A DNA stretch of 64,000 nucleotides from Candidatus Iainarchaeum sp. (GTDB lineage Archaea; Iainarchaeota; Iainarchaeia; Iainarchaeales; JAGVWC01). Within the stretch, counting starts at the first letter, position 1. Each line of letters starts with the position of its first letter. Position numbers and translations under genes: made by a program. Positions 9,501 to 17,406 of this stretch are shown one piece after another. Location of the stretch: NCBI GenBank assembly GCA_018304465.1, contig JAGVWC010000012.1, positions 32,001 through 96,000 of the forward strand, written 5' to 3'. The notes beneath the pieces are model-generated. The model saw only the letters and a list, made by a program, of their open reading frames with translations. It was not told where the DNA came from and ran no database searches.

Positions 9501-10808
9501 GTGGAAGCGACTCCGGATATTTCCTGGACCGACGATGTTCCGAATGTGTCGGCGTTGCATGATTTGCTTTTTTTCGACGCGTATTTGATCCAGGACGGTT
9601 ACTCGCCGGATTTTGGGGAAGATTTCACTTTTTTCTTTTCCAACGTGGCGTTTGCGGACACGCCCAATTATTTTTTCAACGATCCGTCCAAGCAAAACAT
9701 GTCCGAGTTTTTTGACAAACAGAAAATTTCGTTTTCCCAAAAATTTTCCGGCAGCGATCAGCTTCCGACCAGCGGTCTTTTTTCCGTTGAAACCAACGCG
9801 GATTTTTCGGAGGAATGGTCTTTTTTTGGAGCGAACCAGGTGCCGTCCGCAAGCTTCAATATCGAATTTTTGTATGAGGAATCGGGTCAACTCGACAGCC
9901 CGTTTTATTATCTGCCGTTTGACGGCGAAGTCGGGGTGCGGGGCGAGGAGTTTGAGCGAAATGGTTACGGCGTCGGATACGATGTGTTGGGAGACAACGA
10001 GTTCCGGATTTCGCGCGCAAGCGAAGTGCACACGCGGCAAAATTCTGGAACCGCGTTCCAGCAGTTTTCGGTTTTGAAAAAATCTTCGTTTGGAGAGCTT
10101 AATTTGATTCCGTCGCGGCGCGGGTATATTTTGGACGTGTACCAGAATTCGAACACGAAAAAAACAGGCGTTTTTTCGCCGTCGATTGCCACGCCGGTTC
10201 TTTTGAAAGTGCATCAAGACCAATCGCTCAAGCCGTTTTCCGCCTTGTATTCGCTTCGCATTGGGGACAACGCCATGGATGTCGGGGAACAGTCGGCGTT
10301 CTGGAGCGGCGCGGGGGCTTGCCTTGATTTTGACGGAAAAGACGTGGCCGACAACTGGCGTTTTTCGGCGGATCGGCGGGGACAGGCATCCGATCACGTG
10401 ACCGGAGCGGAAAAGTTTTACGGGATTTCGTGGCCCAAAGCCGATGAAGAAGCGACGGTGTATCTCAAAACGGTTTTTTTCCTTCCGATTGGAACGGGTT
10501 TCGATTTGCGATCGGAGACACTCAACGTGCGGTTTTTGACGGCGGACGAGCTTGAAGCGTCTTCCGTTAAACTCGGTGGGATTTCGACAATGGCGTTTAA
10601 CCGCCGCGGATCAACGGCGACCGATCACGTCACGGCGTTGGATGATTTGTTCGATTTGGTTTTCGAGCAAAAAGTATGCGTGACCAATACGGGGATTCGA
10701 TCCAGTTTCTGGTGGAACCCCGACGCGGTGTTCGAACAGCGGGGCTTAAGCGGAAAAAGCATCGATGAAACCGAAAGTGGTTTGGTTTCCGGCACTACCT
10801 GTCGGTAA
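3519..10808 (+). CDS. Giant (2429 aa) membrane-anchored surface protein: N-terminal TM, tandem carboxypeptidase-regulatory-like/Ig-like beta domains, Ala/Gln-rich helical insert, conserved C-terminal scaffold
   Basis: Hydrophobic VILSALVAGFILASLFVFFLI near the N-terminus. Repeated 'V.D..G..(I/V).(G/N)A.V...TD..G...F' prealbumin-like motifs. A/Q/G/S-rich segment at ~7640-8745. C-terminus paralogous to 1..2712. Confidence 0.9.
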   Translation: MSTEFNEAVNQFKEKWVAPHRTVILSALVAGFILASLFVFFLIPNTSTVTIRFEDQNHVAVKNVLVVVRQPFSKTLESNASGTIEVIASPNDTIFFRAEKPGFSVIEANITPENRKPVHVFELESASKTSIQTIVFSGLDNQKIVGKQLEVRLSCANLNASMAPAEKTVSSEDPLPVTLPKDCGGLVVSVVSPVEYAGYSYSVSAESGLIRLKTKKAEAARPGGSLTVRVTAEKGSVLASDLEAVLFLDSKRLSEQTVQNGSVVFENLEPGKYAVRLHDRKGVWADAVSEIASLSSGKKGAVSVSLRQAVGKISMQTSDASSSFPVAGAWVSIVNPSTNALLGIGQTDHAGKIVFSFSQAVPSGLVADIFAQGYSFLSRRPVTEQNEYHLIPVQKKSVQIVRVVDSSGQLLENARVFAANPDSFEAFSSVSYQATDHTGTARFEGLSGPVGFVGSKGLLSGKSGVVEIGKGTEVRIVLVSSAATMQIRVTDESAKGIAGAQVSVKNRLGGISELKTGSNGSVGLNANEGDEVQLSVSKEGFSRVETDWFWVQHQSERIVVLSKPSSRVLIEWEGVFDPNGKPVTSLSPKSRYLARIAVSVPDDSVETGVMMAVGNKTDVTEENAFISFVDSTGMDISMGKKLDSTLSETELVSAQNLDFSKAKWVLLRQFNPKPGKRLVGVWFETTAGFSEPLEIQFRAWNRSAGGIQLDPADSQAQAKQKPLLFSNMRAITVAASGLGSDCLETICVSNLQLETESEVDSEPPFDLASSAHGSLHLSVKNTSSENLNELSFSVAKTQDDAATPLFTVQEIRVAGQKKDAPVLFDLKAGEEKEIEVVLEGKTTGPFGLKLSLLNREEPLWEREIAFNPSQNRSLKMNLDALSVPAFSPFLLSIVVQDAATLEAVPDALVTIERTSPDGSVSVSSMRADSLGTAEFDFTGVPNGTSLYITSSSDGFDPSSATLMATPLLSFSPPFIGVLLSGENRDEKAVISVQNLTTEKIKVNRIDWTGNFFSIINMTKLLSDADAFSGSEIGSGGFVSAEYAFNLHSAFSPTVDESFSGTHLVEAALGVQKFVFVLPVEVTVKANPQTANAEDCLKVSQSAWSGNTVENRSDFAFVLENNCDEDFSSLESQVVWDKNPIGNIELSFDQQSPVALADKQWASLAETVPKKEFAGILTFTPGENELGQEAKFTVYLAGVKRSDKARVFSKTISASIAVTNLENCLVYSPHPGTGLSIEYGKESAFSLDASGCGELDLSVELCKDDPGCSGGAPEGKISVEPLEFDLGVENPVQEIRVKGMDLPGTYDIGVFAQTPSIDFVQISTMAIRIKTDPNAFLDLEKTEFFLKGAGKTDSAQVENRNLSTIVNVEARAEDWARLSGENLAAFSLAGTGLSPAGASALVDAATEAKNQAAELARSTAQQMEQAQQLSQQAMNQQNDSAQKTSDAEQQVSTAAGLGSQGVNMIQMLSTQCAAVETACVTPIYPACQGIPQACAAAQSIFGALKGAEGAGNAAAGAVQEALEQTGPPGVVLAKGQKDSLFRILLAGANAVGSAQTALTEINSAEQTAAVETSAELSQGAESASGLGASSCQNSNQAQQSAQEAGQKTGQAGMNLGLAGASIGMSVTQAAAMEASMGSCTCPAAVSMKNQFYAFKGVQTSLDGTNVAATSAANDQAKPSQQQAQMGSQAASAAACAASEQLNKFADASEQLSGDLNGENEEVTQNIAAILAGGVSTGYLEGIYRPDDVVRNQLTGFVINLKADAKTVSTGTEKVSGVFETTDASVVGEYKTQSAGVVFSNKSLEEETIFATVVLDTNLHEYADPTVVPAGATGWGPFQLESLSEVSSHQQKFHVKFTGKEEPQVIEQQGQHAVACQSGALLGRTGPDALPRIKLKWNWTDITLDSCDAKNPDFIYCDATQFSIMMTKRLYALREFLSQNTHLSCPTNTYQVNLDAEMSGFNRQLNAGFASANYVSGCWLPRSTRLFDKRSALEYFVEATPDISWTDDVPNVSALHDLLFFDAYLIQDGYSPDFGEDFTFFFSNVAFADTPNYFFNDPSKQNMSEFFDKQKISFSQKFSGSDQLPTSGLFSVETNADFSEEWSFFGANQVPSASFNIEFLYEESGQLDSPFYYLPFDGEVGVRGEEFERNGYGVGYDVLGDNEFRISRASEVHTRQNSGTAFQQFSVLKKSSFGELNLIPSRRGYILDVYQNSNTKKTGVFSPSIATPVLLKVHQDQSLKPFSALYSLRIGDNAMDVGEQSAFWSGAGACLDFDGKDVADNWRFSADRRGQASDHVTGAEKFYGISWPKADEEATVYLKTVFFLPIGTGFDLRSETLNVRFLTADELEASSVKLGGISTMAFNRRGSTATDHVTALDDLFDLVFEQKVCVTNTGIRSSFWWNPDAVFEQRGLSGKSIDETESGLVSGTTCR
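9165..9302 (+). repeat. Near-identical repeat, copy A2 (partner 1051..1188)
   Basis: 6 mismatches in 138 nt by manual alignment. Confidence 0.9.
10632..10721 (+). repeat. Near-identical repeat, copy B2 (partner 2536..2625)
   Basis: 3 mismatches in 90 nt by manual alignment. Confidence 0.9.
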
Positions 10809-10858
10809 GATTCGGGGAACTTTTTTAAACTGTTAGATGGATGGTATAATTGAATTTT

Positions 10859-11434
10859 ATGAATGTTTTGGCTGTTTTTCTCGTAATTTTCGGTTTGGTA
10901 TTGTCCGGATGCGTTTCGATTCCGCAACCCGAAAATAAAGCGATCGAAATCGCGAACAAATCCACGGAAGGCCGCGCTTTGTTCGTGATGAGAGATGCGT
11001 TTTCGAAAACGCCGCAATGTACGGTTGAAGAATACCTGCAAGTGGTTGGAATCGTGAATCCGATGCTTGCGGGATTGTCTCCGCGCGTGCAGTTGATCAC
11101 GGATCCCGCGCAAGCGCAGGTATTGGTGGCCACGGCCAAGGAGTGCAATCCGATGGTTTTGATCAGACCAAGCGACCCGGCAAACAACAAAGCATTGGTT
11201 TCGTATTCGATTTCGACGCCTTCTGCGTGTCCGGTCAGCGACCTGGCGGGAAAAACGCGTTCCGTGCTTGAAATCGAATCGGATTTTTCCACCCAGTCAC
11301 CCAGAATCGTTTCGGGGGAATTGAAGGAATCGGATGAAAAAACCCTTCAAGGGGTTTTGCCGGCCGTGGGTTTGATGGGAAATTGTGCGGCGCCCGTTTT
11401 GATGCAATCTCAATCGGTTCCAATGTTTTCATAA
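10859..11434 (+). CDS. Putative lipoprotein, Cys-containing
   Basis: MNVLAVFLVIFGLVLSGC: hydrophobic signal ending in an LSGC lipobox. Four further Cys. Confidence 0.75.
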   Translation: MNVLAVFLVIFGLVLSGCVSIPQPENKAIEIANKSTEGRALFVMRDAFSKTPQCTVEEYLQVVGIVNPMLAGLSPRVQLITDPAQAQVLVATAKECNPMVLIRPSDPANNKALVSYSISTPSACPVSDLAGKTRSVLEIESDFSTQSPRIVSGELKESDEKTLQGVLPAVGLMGNCAAPVLMQSQSVPMFS

Positions 11435-11448
11435 AAAAGGTTTTGAAT

Positions 11449-11928
11449 ATGAATGGAATTCAAAAATCAATGCTGTTATGGGGCGTCATTTGTCTTATTG
11501 GTTTTGGCGTGTTTCAGTTTTGGCACGCAAGTCTCGCCGAAGTCAATACGACGTTAGCGGTGCTTTCCATTATCGGATTGTTCGCGTTGTATTACTGGGT
11601 ACCGCAAGCCAACCGGAAAAAACTGTTGGTCGCATGGTCCATTCTCGTGATTTTGGGTTTGGTGATCAGTATTTTTTGGATGAACGGCTGGCTTTCCACT
11701 GCGGGAATAACCGCTCCGTTCATTTCGATGTGGCTGGTATTGTTTACCCTGGGTTTTGCTTACACGGGGCATTACACCAAGGAAAACGCGTGGTTTGCCG
11801 CGGCGTTGATTCAAATCCTTCTGTTGATCGGGGTCTGGCTGCATGTGGCGTCAGTGTGGGATTTTTCTTACTTATTGCTTGGAATCATCACGGGGATCCC
11901 CTTGATTCTGATGAGTTTCAAATATTAG
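11449..11928 (+). CDS. Hypothetical integral membrane protein (~6 TM)
   Basis: Almost entirely hydrophobic segments. ATG at 11449 follows the upstream stop. Confidence 0.75.
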   Translation: MNGIQKSMLLWGVICLIGFGVFQFWHASLAEVNTTLAVLSIIGLFALYYWVPQANRKKLLVAWSILVILGLVISIFWMNGWLSTAGITAPFISMWLVLFTLGFAYTGHYTKENAWFAAALIQILLLIGVWLHVASVWDFSYLLLGIITGIPLILMSFKY

Positions 11929-11944
11929 GACCTGGTGATGGAGT

Positions 11945-13183
11945 ATGCCTGAAAAATCGTTTGACGCAATCGTGGTGGGCGCGGGTCCCGGCGGGTCTAC
12001 GGCCGCGATGTATCTTGGAAACGCGGGGTACAACGTATTATTGCTTGACAAAGCGGTTTTTCCGCGCGACAAAACCTGCGGGGACGCGATTGGCGCCAAA
12101 AGCCAGGCGGTTATCCGGGAACTTGGTTTTTTGAACGAAATCGAATCGATTCCGCACGCAAAAGTGTACGGCGTGTTGTTTTCGGCGCCGAACCAGAAGT
12201 CGGTGACGATCCGGTTTCCGGGAACCGATCCGGAAAAAGGAAAAGGCGGGTATTGTATTCGCCGCGAAGTATTTGACAATTTCGTGTTTTCGCACGCAAA
12301 GAAAAACAAAAACGTGACCGCGATCGAATCGTTTCAGGTAACGGATATCGCGTCGGAAAACGGTTTTGTGGTCGGCGTCAAGGGGATGGATGTCAAAACA
12401 AAGCAAGCCGCCGAGTTCCGCGCAAAAATCGTGGTGGGTGCGGATGGCGCGAGTTCGATCGTGGCGACCAAACTGGGGTTGAACCCCGTGATTCCGGAGC
12501 ATGATTGTTTGGCGTTACGCGCGTACTATCAGGATATCGGCGGATTGACCCCCAACATCGAGATTCATTTCGTGGATTCTTTGCTCCCGGGTTACTTTTG
12601 GATTTTTCCATTGGAAAACGGACTGGCGAACGTCGGCGTTGGAATGATCACCAAGGATATCAAAGAACACAACATTAAATTGCAGGAAGAAATGTTCAAG
12701 GTCATTGAAAACCATCCGATGTTCAAGGAACGCTTCAAGAACGCAAAACGCGTAACTGACGTGAAAGGATGGCGGTTGCCGTTTGGTTCGCATCACCGAA
12801 AAGCGCATGGAAACGGCTGGGTTTTGATCGGAGACGCCGCGTCTTTAATCGATCCGTTTTCAGGCGAAGGGATTTCCAATTCGATGTATTCGGGAAAATT
12901 GGCCGCGGAACAAATCATCGAGATCATGAACGCAAAACAGCCGCTGTCCGAAGAAGCGCTGGCGCCTTACGAGGACAAACTCTGGAAGACGCTTGGAAAC
13001 GAATTGTCCACCAGTTACAAACTGCAGCGCATCGGTCGCATCAAATTTCTCTTGAATTTGGTCGTGAGCCGCGCGTCAAAAAGCAAAAAAATGCAGGAAA
13101 TGATTTCGGGAATGCTTGGAAACGAGGAAGTCAAGAAAGAATTAACGGGGCCGTTGTTTTATCTCAAGCTTTTGTTCGCGTGA
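11945..13183 (+). CDS. Geranylgeranyl reductase family FAD-dependent oxidoreductase
   Basis: GAGPGGS Rossmann motif, FPRDKTCGDA, GADG, PGYFWIFP, IGDAASLIDPFSGEGI. GGTGA RBS upstream. Confidence 0.92.
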   Translation: MPEKSFDAIVVGAGPGGSTAAMYLGNAGYNVLLLDKAVFPRDKTCGDAIGAKSQAVIRELGFLNEIESIPHAKVYGVLFSAPNQKSVTIRFPGTDPEKGKGGYCIRREVFDNFVFSHAKKNKNVTAIESFQVTDIASENGFVVGVKGMDVKTKQAAEFRAKIVVGADGASSIVATKLGLNPVIPEHDCLALRAYYQDIGGLTPNIEIHFVDSLLPGYFWIFPLENGLANVGVGMITKDIKEHNIKLQEEMFKVIENHPMFKERFKNAKRVTDVKGWRLPFGSHHRKAHGNGWVLIGDAASLIDPFSGEGISNSMYSGKLAAEQIIEIMNAKQPLSEEALAPYEDKLWKTLGNELSTSYKLQRIGRIKFLLNLVVSRASKSKKMQEMISGMLGNEEVKKELTGPLFYLKLLFA

Positions 13184-13198
13184 ATCGGATTTGAAAAA

Positions 13199-13423
13199 AT
13201 GTCCGGGGCAGTTGAAAAATGCAAAAAATGCGGAAACGAAATGCGCTGGGGTTATTCCCAGTCCGCAGTTGATTTTGCCGCGTCCAAACGAGGCACGTCC
13301 GAACAGGAAATCATCAACGATTTTTTCGAATTAAACCCGGGCATTCTGCGGAAAAAACCGGTTCAATGCACGGTTTGTCAGGCGCCGCAAAGCGAATTCG
13401 AAACCGTACATCGGTATCCGTAA
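13199..13423 (+). CDS. Small Zn-ribbon/rubredoxin-like protein
   Basis: CKKC ... CTVCQAPQSEF, resembling the rubredoxin C-terminal CPxCGAPKSxF motif. Confidence 0.65.
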   Translation: MSGAVEKCKKCGNEMRWGYSQSAVDFAASKRGTSEQEIINDFFELNPGILRKKPVQCTVCQAPQSEFETVHRYP

Positions 13424-13424
13424 A

Positions 13425-14045
13425 TCAAAAACCGGCTTTTTTTGTTTTGAACGCATCCACTAAGAGTTTTTCAAGCGGAATTTTTTTTTCTTCGATTTCG
13501 ATTTTTTCCACCGTGCACACCGTGGCGGGTTTTTTGGGGCCAAGCGCGTCGCAGACTTCGGGACCGATGGATAAGTCGTGCGTGCCGAATTTTTTGGATA
13601 AATCAATGATTTCTTGCTTGTCTAAGCACAGCAAGGGCCGCATCACGGACAGTTTCGTTGCCGGAGCGATCGCCGCGATGTTGGACAGCGTCTGACTGGA
13701 TACTTGTCCGAGGTTTTCGCCGGTAATGATCATTTCGCACTTGTTTTCGTTGGCGATTGTTTCGGAAATGCGCAAAAACAAGCGTTTCATGAAAACAAAA
13801 TAGTATTTATGATTCGCATCGCGGGCAAATTGGGACAGCATCGGTCCGATGTCGATCGTGGTGAAGGTTTTGGCCTGAATTTTTTCGGCGAGTGCTTTGG
13901 CTTTGGGAAGGCTTTGCATGCCAAACATGGGGTGCGCGGTAAAGTGCAAGGCGTGCACTTCGATTCCTTGTCGCTGGGCCAGTAAACCGGCGACGGGAGA
14001 ATCGAATCCACCTGAAAGTAGCAGAAGTCCTTTGGTGTTGGCCAT
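13425..14045 (-). CDS. thiI: ThiI-family PP-loop protein (tRNA 4-thiouridine synthase catalytic domain only)
   Basis: LLSGGFDSPVA PP-loop, TGENLGQVSSQTLSN, RPLLCLDKQEII. No N-terminal THUMP domain. Confidence 0.8.
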   Translation of the reverse strand: MANTKGLLLLSGGFDSPVAGLLAQRQGIEVHALHFTAHPMFGMQSLPKAKALAEKIQAKTFTTIDIGPMLSQFARDANHKYYFVFMKRLFLRISETIANENKCEMIITGENLGQVSSQTLSNIAAIAPATKLSVMRPLLCLDKQEIIDLSKKFGTHDLSIGPEVCDALGPKKPATVCTVEKIEIEEKKIPLEKLLVDAFKTKKAGF

Positions 14046-14126
14046 AGGGTATACCTGCTTCGAAAACCATTTAAAACGACAAAGACGAGAAAAACGGTTA
14101 AAAACGTATTCCTAGATTATAATCGC

Positions 14127-15299
14127 ATGCCGGAATCTTTTGACGTAGCGATTATTGGCGCCGGACCTGCGGGCGGTTCCGCCGCGGTGCACGCGGCCGA
14201 GCGGGGTCTTTCCGCGGTTATTTTGGAAGAACACGAGGTCGTGGGCGAACCCGTGCATTGCGGCGAGTGTTTGTCCCAAACCGCGATGGATCGCATGGGG
14301 TGGAAGTTTCCAAGCGAAGTGGTTTCGTTTCCGGTGAAAGGCGTTCGCACGATTTTTCCGAATAGCGAATCGCGGCTCTTGACCGAACCCGGCGTTGTGC
14401 TTGAAAAACAAAAGTGGGAGCAATTTATCGTAAACAAAGCCCAAGACAAAGGCGCTGAGTTGCGTTTGGGTCATCGCGTGAAAGGATTGGCCCGCGAAAA
14501 AGGGGTTTGGAAAATCGAGTCTTCCAAAGGCGATGTGTTCGGAAAGGTTTTGATGGATGGAAGCGGGGTTCAGTCGGTTTCGAATGCTCTTTTGAAGTTA
14601 AACAAGCGGTTTTCGGCTGTGGTCGGAATTCAATATGAAATGGAGGATATTCCGCGTGACGGCTGGCTGGATTTTTATTTGTGGCCGCATCTGGCCGCGC
14701 AAGGTTATCTTTGGATGATTCCAAAATCCGACGGGCGCGCGAACGTGGGGCTGGTTACGCATGACAATAACCAGGCGAAAGCGTGTTTGAATCAATTCGT
14801 CGCGCAGATGGGTTGGAAAGACAAGCCGATCGTCAAGACGTTTGGCGGTTTGATCCCGTCGTCAGGGGCCATGGAAAAAACGGTTTCCGACGGGTTGCTT
14901 TTGATTGGGGACGCCGCGGGTTTTACGTCGCCGTTGTTTGAAGGCGGAAGCCAGTTGGGTTTGATGAGCGGAAAATTGGCGGCGTTGACGGCAAAAGAAG
15001 GTTTGGATGCGAGCGATGTTTCCGCGGGTTTTTTGAAGCGTTACGAGACAAAGTGGAAAAAAGAGTTTCCGCCGTATGAAAAACTCATCAAGGGAAAAAA
15101 CCAGTTGTATTCCTTGACGGAAAACGAATTAAACGAAGTGGCGCGCGTGCTTCCCCGAGAAATGGGCGGCACCAATTATTTGGATTATTTTAAGATTGGA
15201 ATCAATATTACGGTTTCGAATCCGCAGTTATGGTCGCGCGGGGTCATGCGGGTTTTCGAAGCGTTCAAGTACAGTCGTTCAAGATTTTACGGCTGGTAA
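14127..15299 (+). CDS. Digeranylgeranylglycerophospholipid reductase-like (GGR family)
   Basis: [46 protein letters not shown]. Confidence 0.88.
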   Translation: MPESFDVAIIGAGPAGGSAAVHAAERGLSAVILEEHEVVGEPVHCGECLSQTAMDRMGWKFPSEVVSFPVKGVRTIFPNSESRLLTEPGVVLEKQKWEQFIVNKAQDKGAELRLGHRVKGLAREKGVWKIESSKGDVFGKVLMDGSGVQSVSNALLKLNKRFSAVVGIQYEMEDIPRDGWLDFYLWPHLAAQGYLWMIPKSDGRANVGLVTHDNNQAKACLNQFVAQMGWKDKPIVKTFGGLIPSSGAMEKTVSDGLLLIGDAAGFTSPLFEGGSQLGLMSGKLAALTAKEGLDASDVSAGFLKRYETKWKKEFPPYEKLIKGKNQLYSLTENELNEVARVLPREMGGTNYLDYFKIGINITVSNPQLWSRGVMRVFEAFKYSRSRFYGW

Positions 15300-15322
15300 A
15301 CAGTTTAGGGAGGAGATCGATA

Positions 15323-15934
15323 ATGGCAAATGAATTACCAAAACTACCGTATCCGTATAATGCGCTGGAGCCTTACATTGACGAAAACACAATGACGATT
15401 CATCACACCAAGCATCATCAAGCGTACATCGATAAGTATGTGGCCGCCATTAGGGGGACCAAGTACGAAAAAATGGATGTGAACGCCGTGTTAAAAGAAT
15501 TGAATTCGGTTCCGGAAAACATCAAAAACGCGGTGCGAAACCACGGCGGAGGACACGCCAATCACTCGTTTTTTTGGCTTGTGATGGCCCCGAAAGCCGG
15601 CGGAACGCCAAGCGGAAAAATCGGCGAAGCCATCATGAAAACTTTCGGCTCGTTCGACAAATTCAAGGAAGAGTTTGCCGCCGCGGGAATGAACCGGTTC
15701 GGTTCGGGCTGGGCGTGGCTGGTGGTCAACAATGGAAAAATTGAAATCATGTCGACGCAAAACCAGGACTCGCCGCTTTCCGAAGGAAAGACACCGGTGC
15801 TGGGATTGGATGTATGGGAACACAGTTATTACATTCGATACTTTAACAAGCGTGCAGATTATATCGATGCGTGGTGGAATGTGGTGAATTGGCTGCAAGT
15901 GGAAAAAAATTATTTGGAGGCGATGAAAAAATAG
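15323..15934 (+). CDS. sod: Superoxide dismutase, Fe/Mn family (Mn-type signature)
   Basis: [59 protein letters not shown] before ATG 15323. Confidence 0.96.
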   Translation: MANELPKLPYPYNALEPYIDENTMTIHHTKHHQAYIDKYVAAIRGTKYEKMDVNAVLKELNSVPENIKNAVRNHGGGHANHSFFWLVMAPKAGGTPSGKIGEAIMKTFGSFDKFKEEFAAAGMNRFGSGWAWLVVNNGKIEIMSTQNQDSPLSEGKTPVLGLDVWEHSYYIRYFNKRADYIDAWWNVVNWLQVEKNYLEAMKK

Positions 15935-15957
15935 TCGTTTCTTTTTTTCTTCTTTTT

Positions 15958-17034
15958 TTATTTTTTCAGGTAAACCGTCTGCGTGGGAAACGCGAATTCG
16001 ATTTTTGCTTTTTCAAATTCGGTTTTGATCTGCGTGTTCACGCGGTCTTTTATTTTTTGTGCAAACGGCCAGTCCGGGTTCAGAATGAAATACTGGACGT
16101 AGATGTTGATGGAAGAATCCTTGAATTGATTGAATACCACCAATGGTTCGGGATCTTTTTCCAGTTCGTTTACGGACAAAAGAATGTTGCGAATGATTTG
16201 TTTTGCTTGTTCGATTTTTTTGGAGGGCGTTCCGTACACCAGGCCAAGATCCATGGTGACCCGACGTTTTGCAGTCTCGGTGAGATTCGTGATGACGGAA
16301 CTCGCGAGTTTGGAATTCGGAACGGTTAAGAGCTGCTGGTCGCTGGTGCGAATGCGCGTGGTCCGAATTCCGACTTGTTCCACCATTCCGGTGGTTTGAT
16401 CGAAAGCGATCCATTCTCCGACGACAAAGGGCCTTGAAGTAAAGATGCTAAAACCGCCGAACACGTCGGCGATGGTTTGTTGCGCGGCAAACGCGATCGC
16501 GATTCCGCCGATTCCAAGCCCGACCAATGGAGCCGTGACATCGATGCCGAAAAAAGTATCCGCGATTAGAATGAGTGCCACGATAACGACGATGATTTTG
16601 AGTCCGCGACTGATCACGGGGACGAGTTGATCGTCAAGCCTGGACGCACTTTTTCGGGTCATTGGAAGAACGATTTCGCGTACGAATCCGTCCACGAGTT
16701 TGATCAAAAACCATGCGAATCCGAGCATGGTGGCCGCGCCGATGAGATTTTGAAGCGTTTTTTCGGCGCCTACGCCAAAGTCCACGACTTCGAGCGCGAA
16801 CCAGAATCCGATGAGCAAAACGAAAAACAAGAGAGGGGTTTCGATGGCGTGAAGAAAAATGTCGTCGAGTTTGGATTTGGTGTATTTGGCGAACTGGGAC
16901 AGATAGTTTTTGATAACGAAATTCGCGATTTTTCCGAACACGAACGAGGCGATCAGTATGGTGACGAAACTGACGTACTGTAAAAGCGTGTTTCCGAAAT
17001 AAACCGTGGAAAGAAAATCAAAGTCAAGGGCCAT
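15958..17034 (-). CDS. mscS: Small-conductance mechanosensitive channel
   Basis: GLGIGGIAIAFAAQQTIAD, RPFVVGEWI, GIRTTRIRT, VPNS motifs plus N-terminal TMs. Confidence 0.93.
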   Translation of the reverse strand: MALDFDFLSTVYFGNTLLQYVSFVTILIASFVFGKIANFVIKNYLSQFAKYTKSKLDDIFLHAIETPLLFFVLLIGFWFALEVVDFGVGAEKTLQNLIGAATMLGFAWFLIKLVDGFVREIVLPMTRKSASRLDDQLVPVISRGLKIIVVIVALILIADTFFGIDVTAPLVGLGIGGIAIAFAAQQTIADVFGGFSIFTSRPFVVGEWIAFDQTTGMVEQVGIRTTRIRTSDQQLLTVPNSKLASSVITNLTETAKRRVTMDLGLVYGTPSKKIEQAKQIIRNILLSVNELEKDPEPLVVFNQFKDSSINIYVQYFILNPDWPFAQKIKDRVNTQIKTEFEKAKIEFAFPTQTVYLKK

Positions 17035-17070
17035 GAAAAGGGTGGGTGAAAAAAAGGTTAAAAAGAGATT

Positions 17071-17406
17071 TCATTGTTTGCCTTTGGCTTTCGGGTCGTG
17101 GGCGCGGGTTTTTTCTTTGTTGAAGTGTTCGAAGAAAACCACGGTGAGAAAAAAAAGCGACAGACTGAGGATTATTTTTTCGATGGGCAGGGCTTGCAGG
17201 AAAAATTGGGCGGTTTGTTCGGGTGAAAACCGCCAGAGCGTGTTTTGGGTGGCCCAGTTGTCCAACAGCAAGGAGAGTAACAGGACGCCGCCGAGTCCAA
17301 GTAGCAGTGGTTTTTGGTGTTTTGGAAAAATTGCCTGGGTGTACAGCAGAAAAATGGTGCATAAAAACACGATCAGGGAAAACCAGGAGTACGGCGGAAT
17401 CGTCAT
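17071..17406 (-). CDS. Lycopene cyclase domain-containing membrane protein (CrtYd-like)
   Basis: MTIPPYSW start overlaps the upstream stop (ATGA). Three TMs with LDNWAT...W.F...LPIEK motif. Confidence 0.6.
   Translation of the reverse strand: MTIPPYSWFSLIVFLCTIFLLYTQAIFPKHQKPLLLGLGGVLLLSLLLDNWATQNTLWRFSPEQTAQFFLQALPIEKIILSLSLFFLTVVFFEHFNKEKTRAHDPKAKGKQ

Noticed and set aside
1051-10721. Diversity-generating retroelement TR/VR pair suggested by the near-identical repeats
   Set aside because: Mismatches are not adenine-specific, both copies are in-frame parts of paralogous genes, and no reverse transcriptase is in the window.
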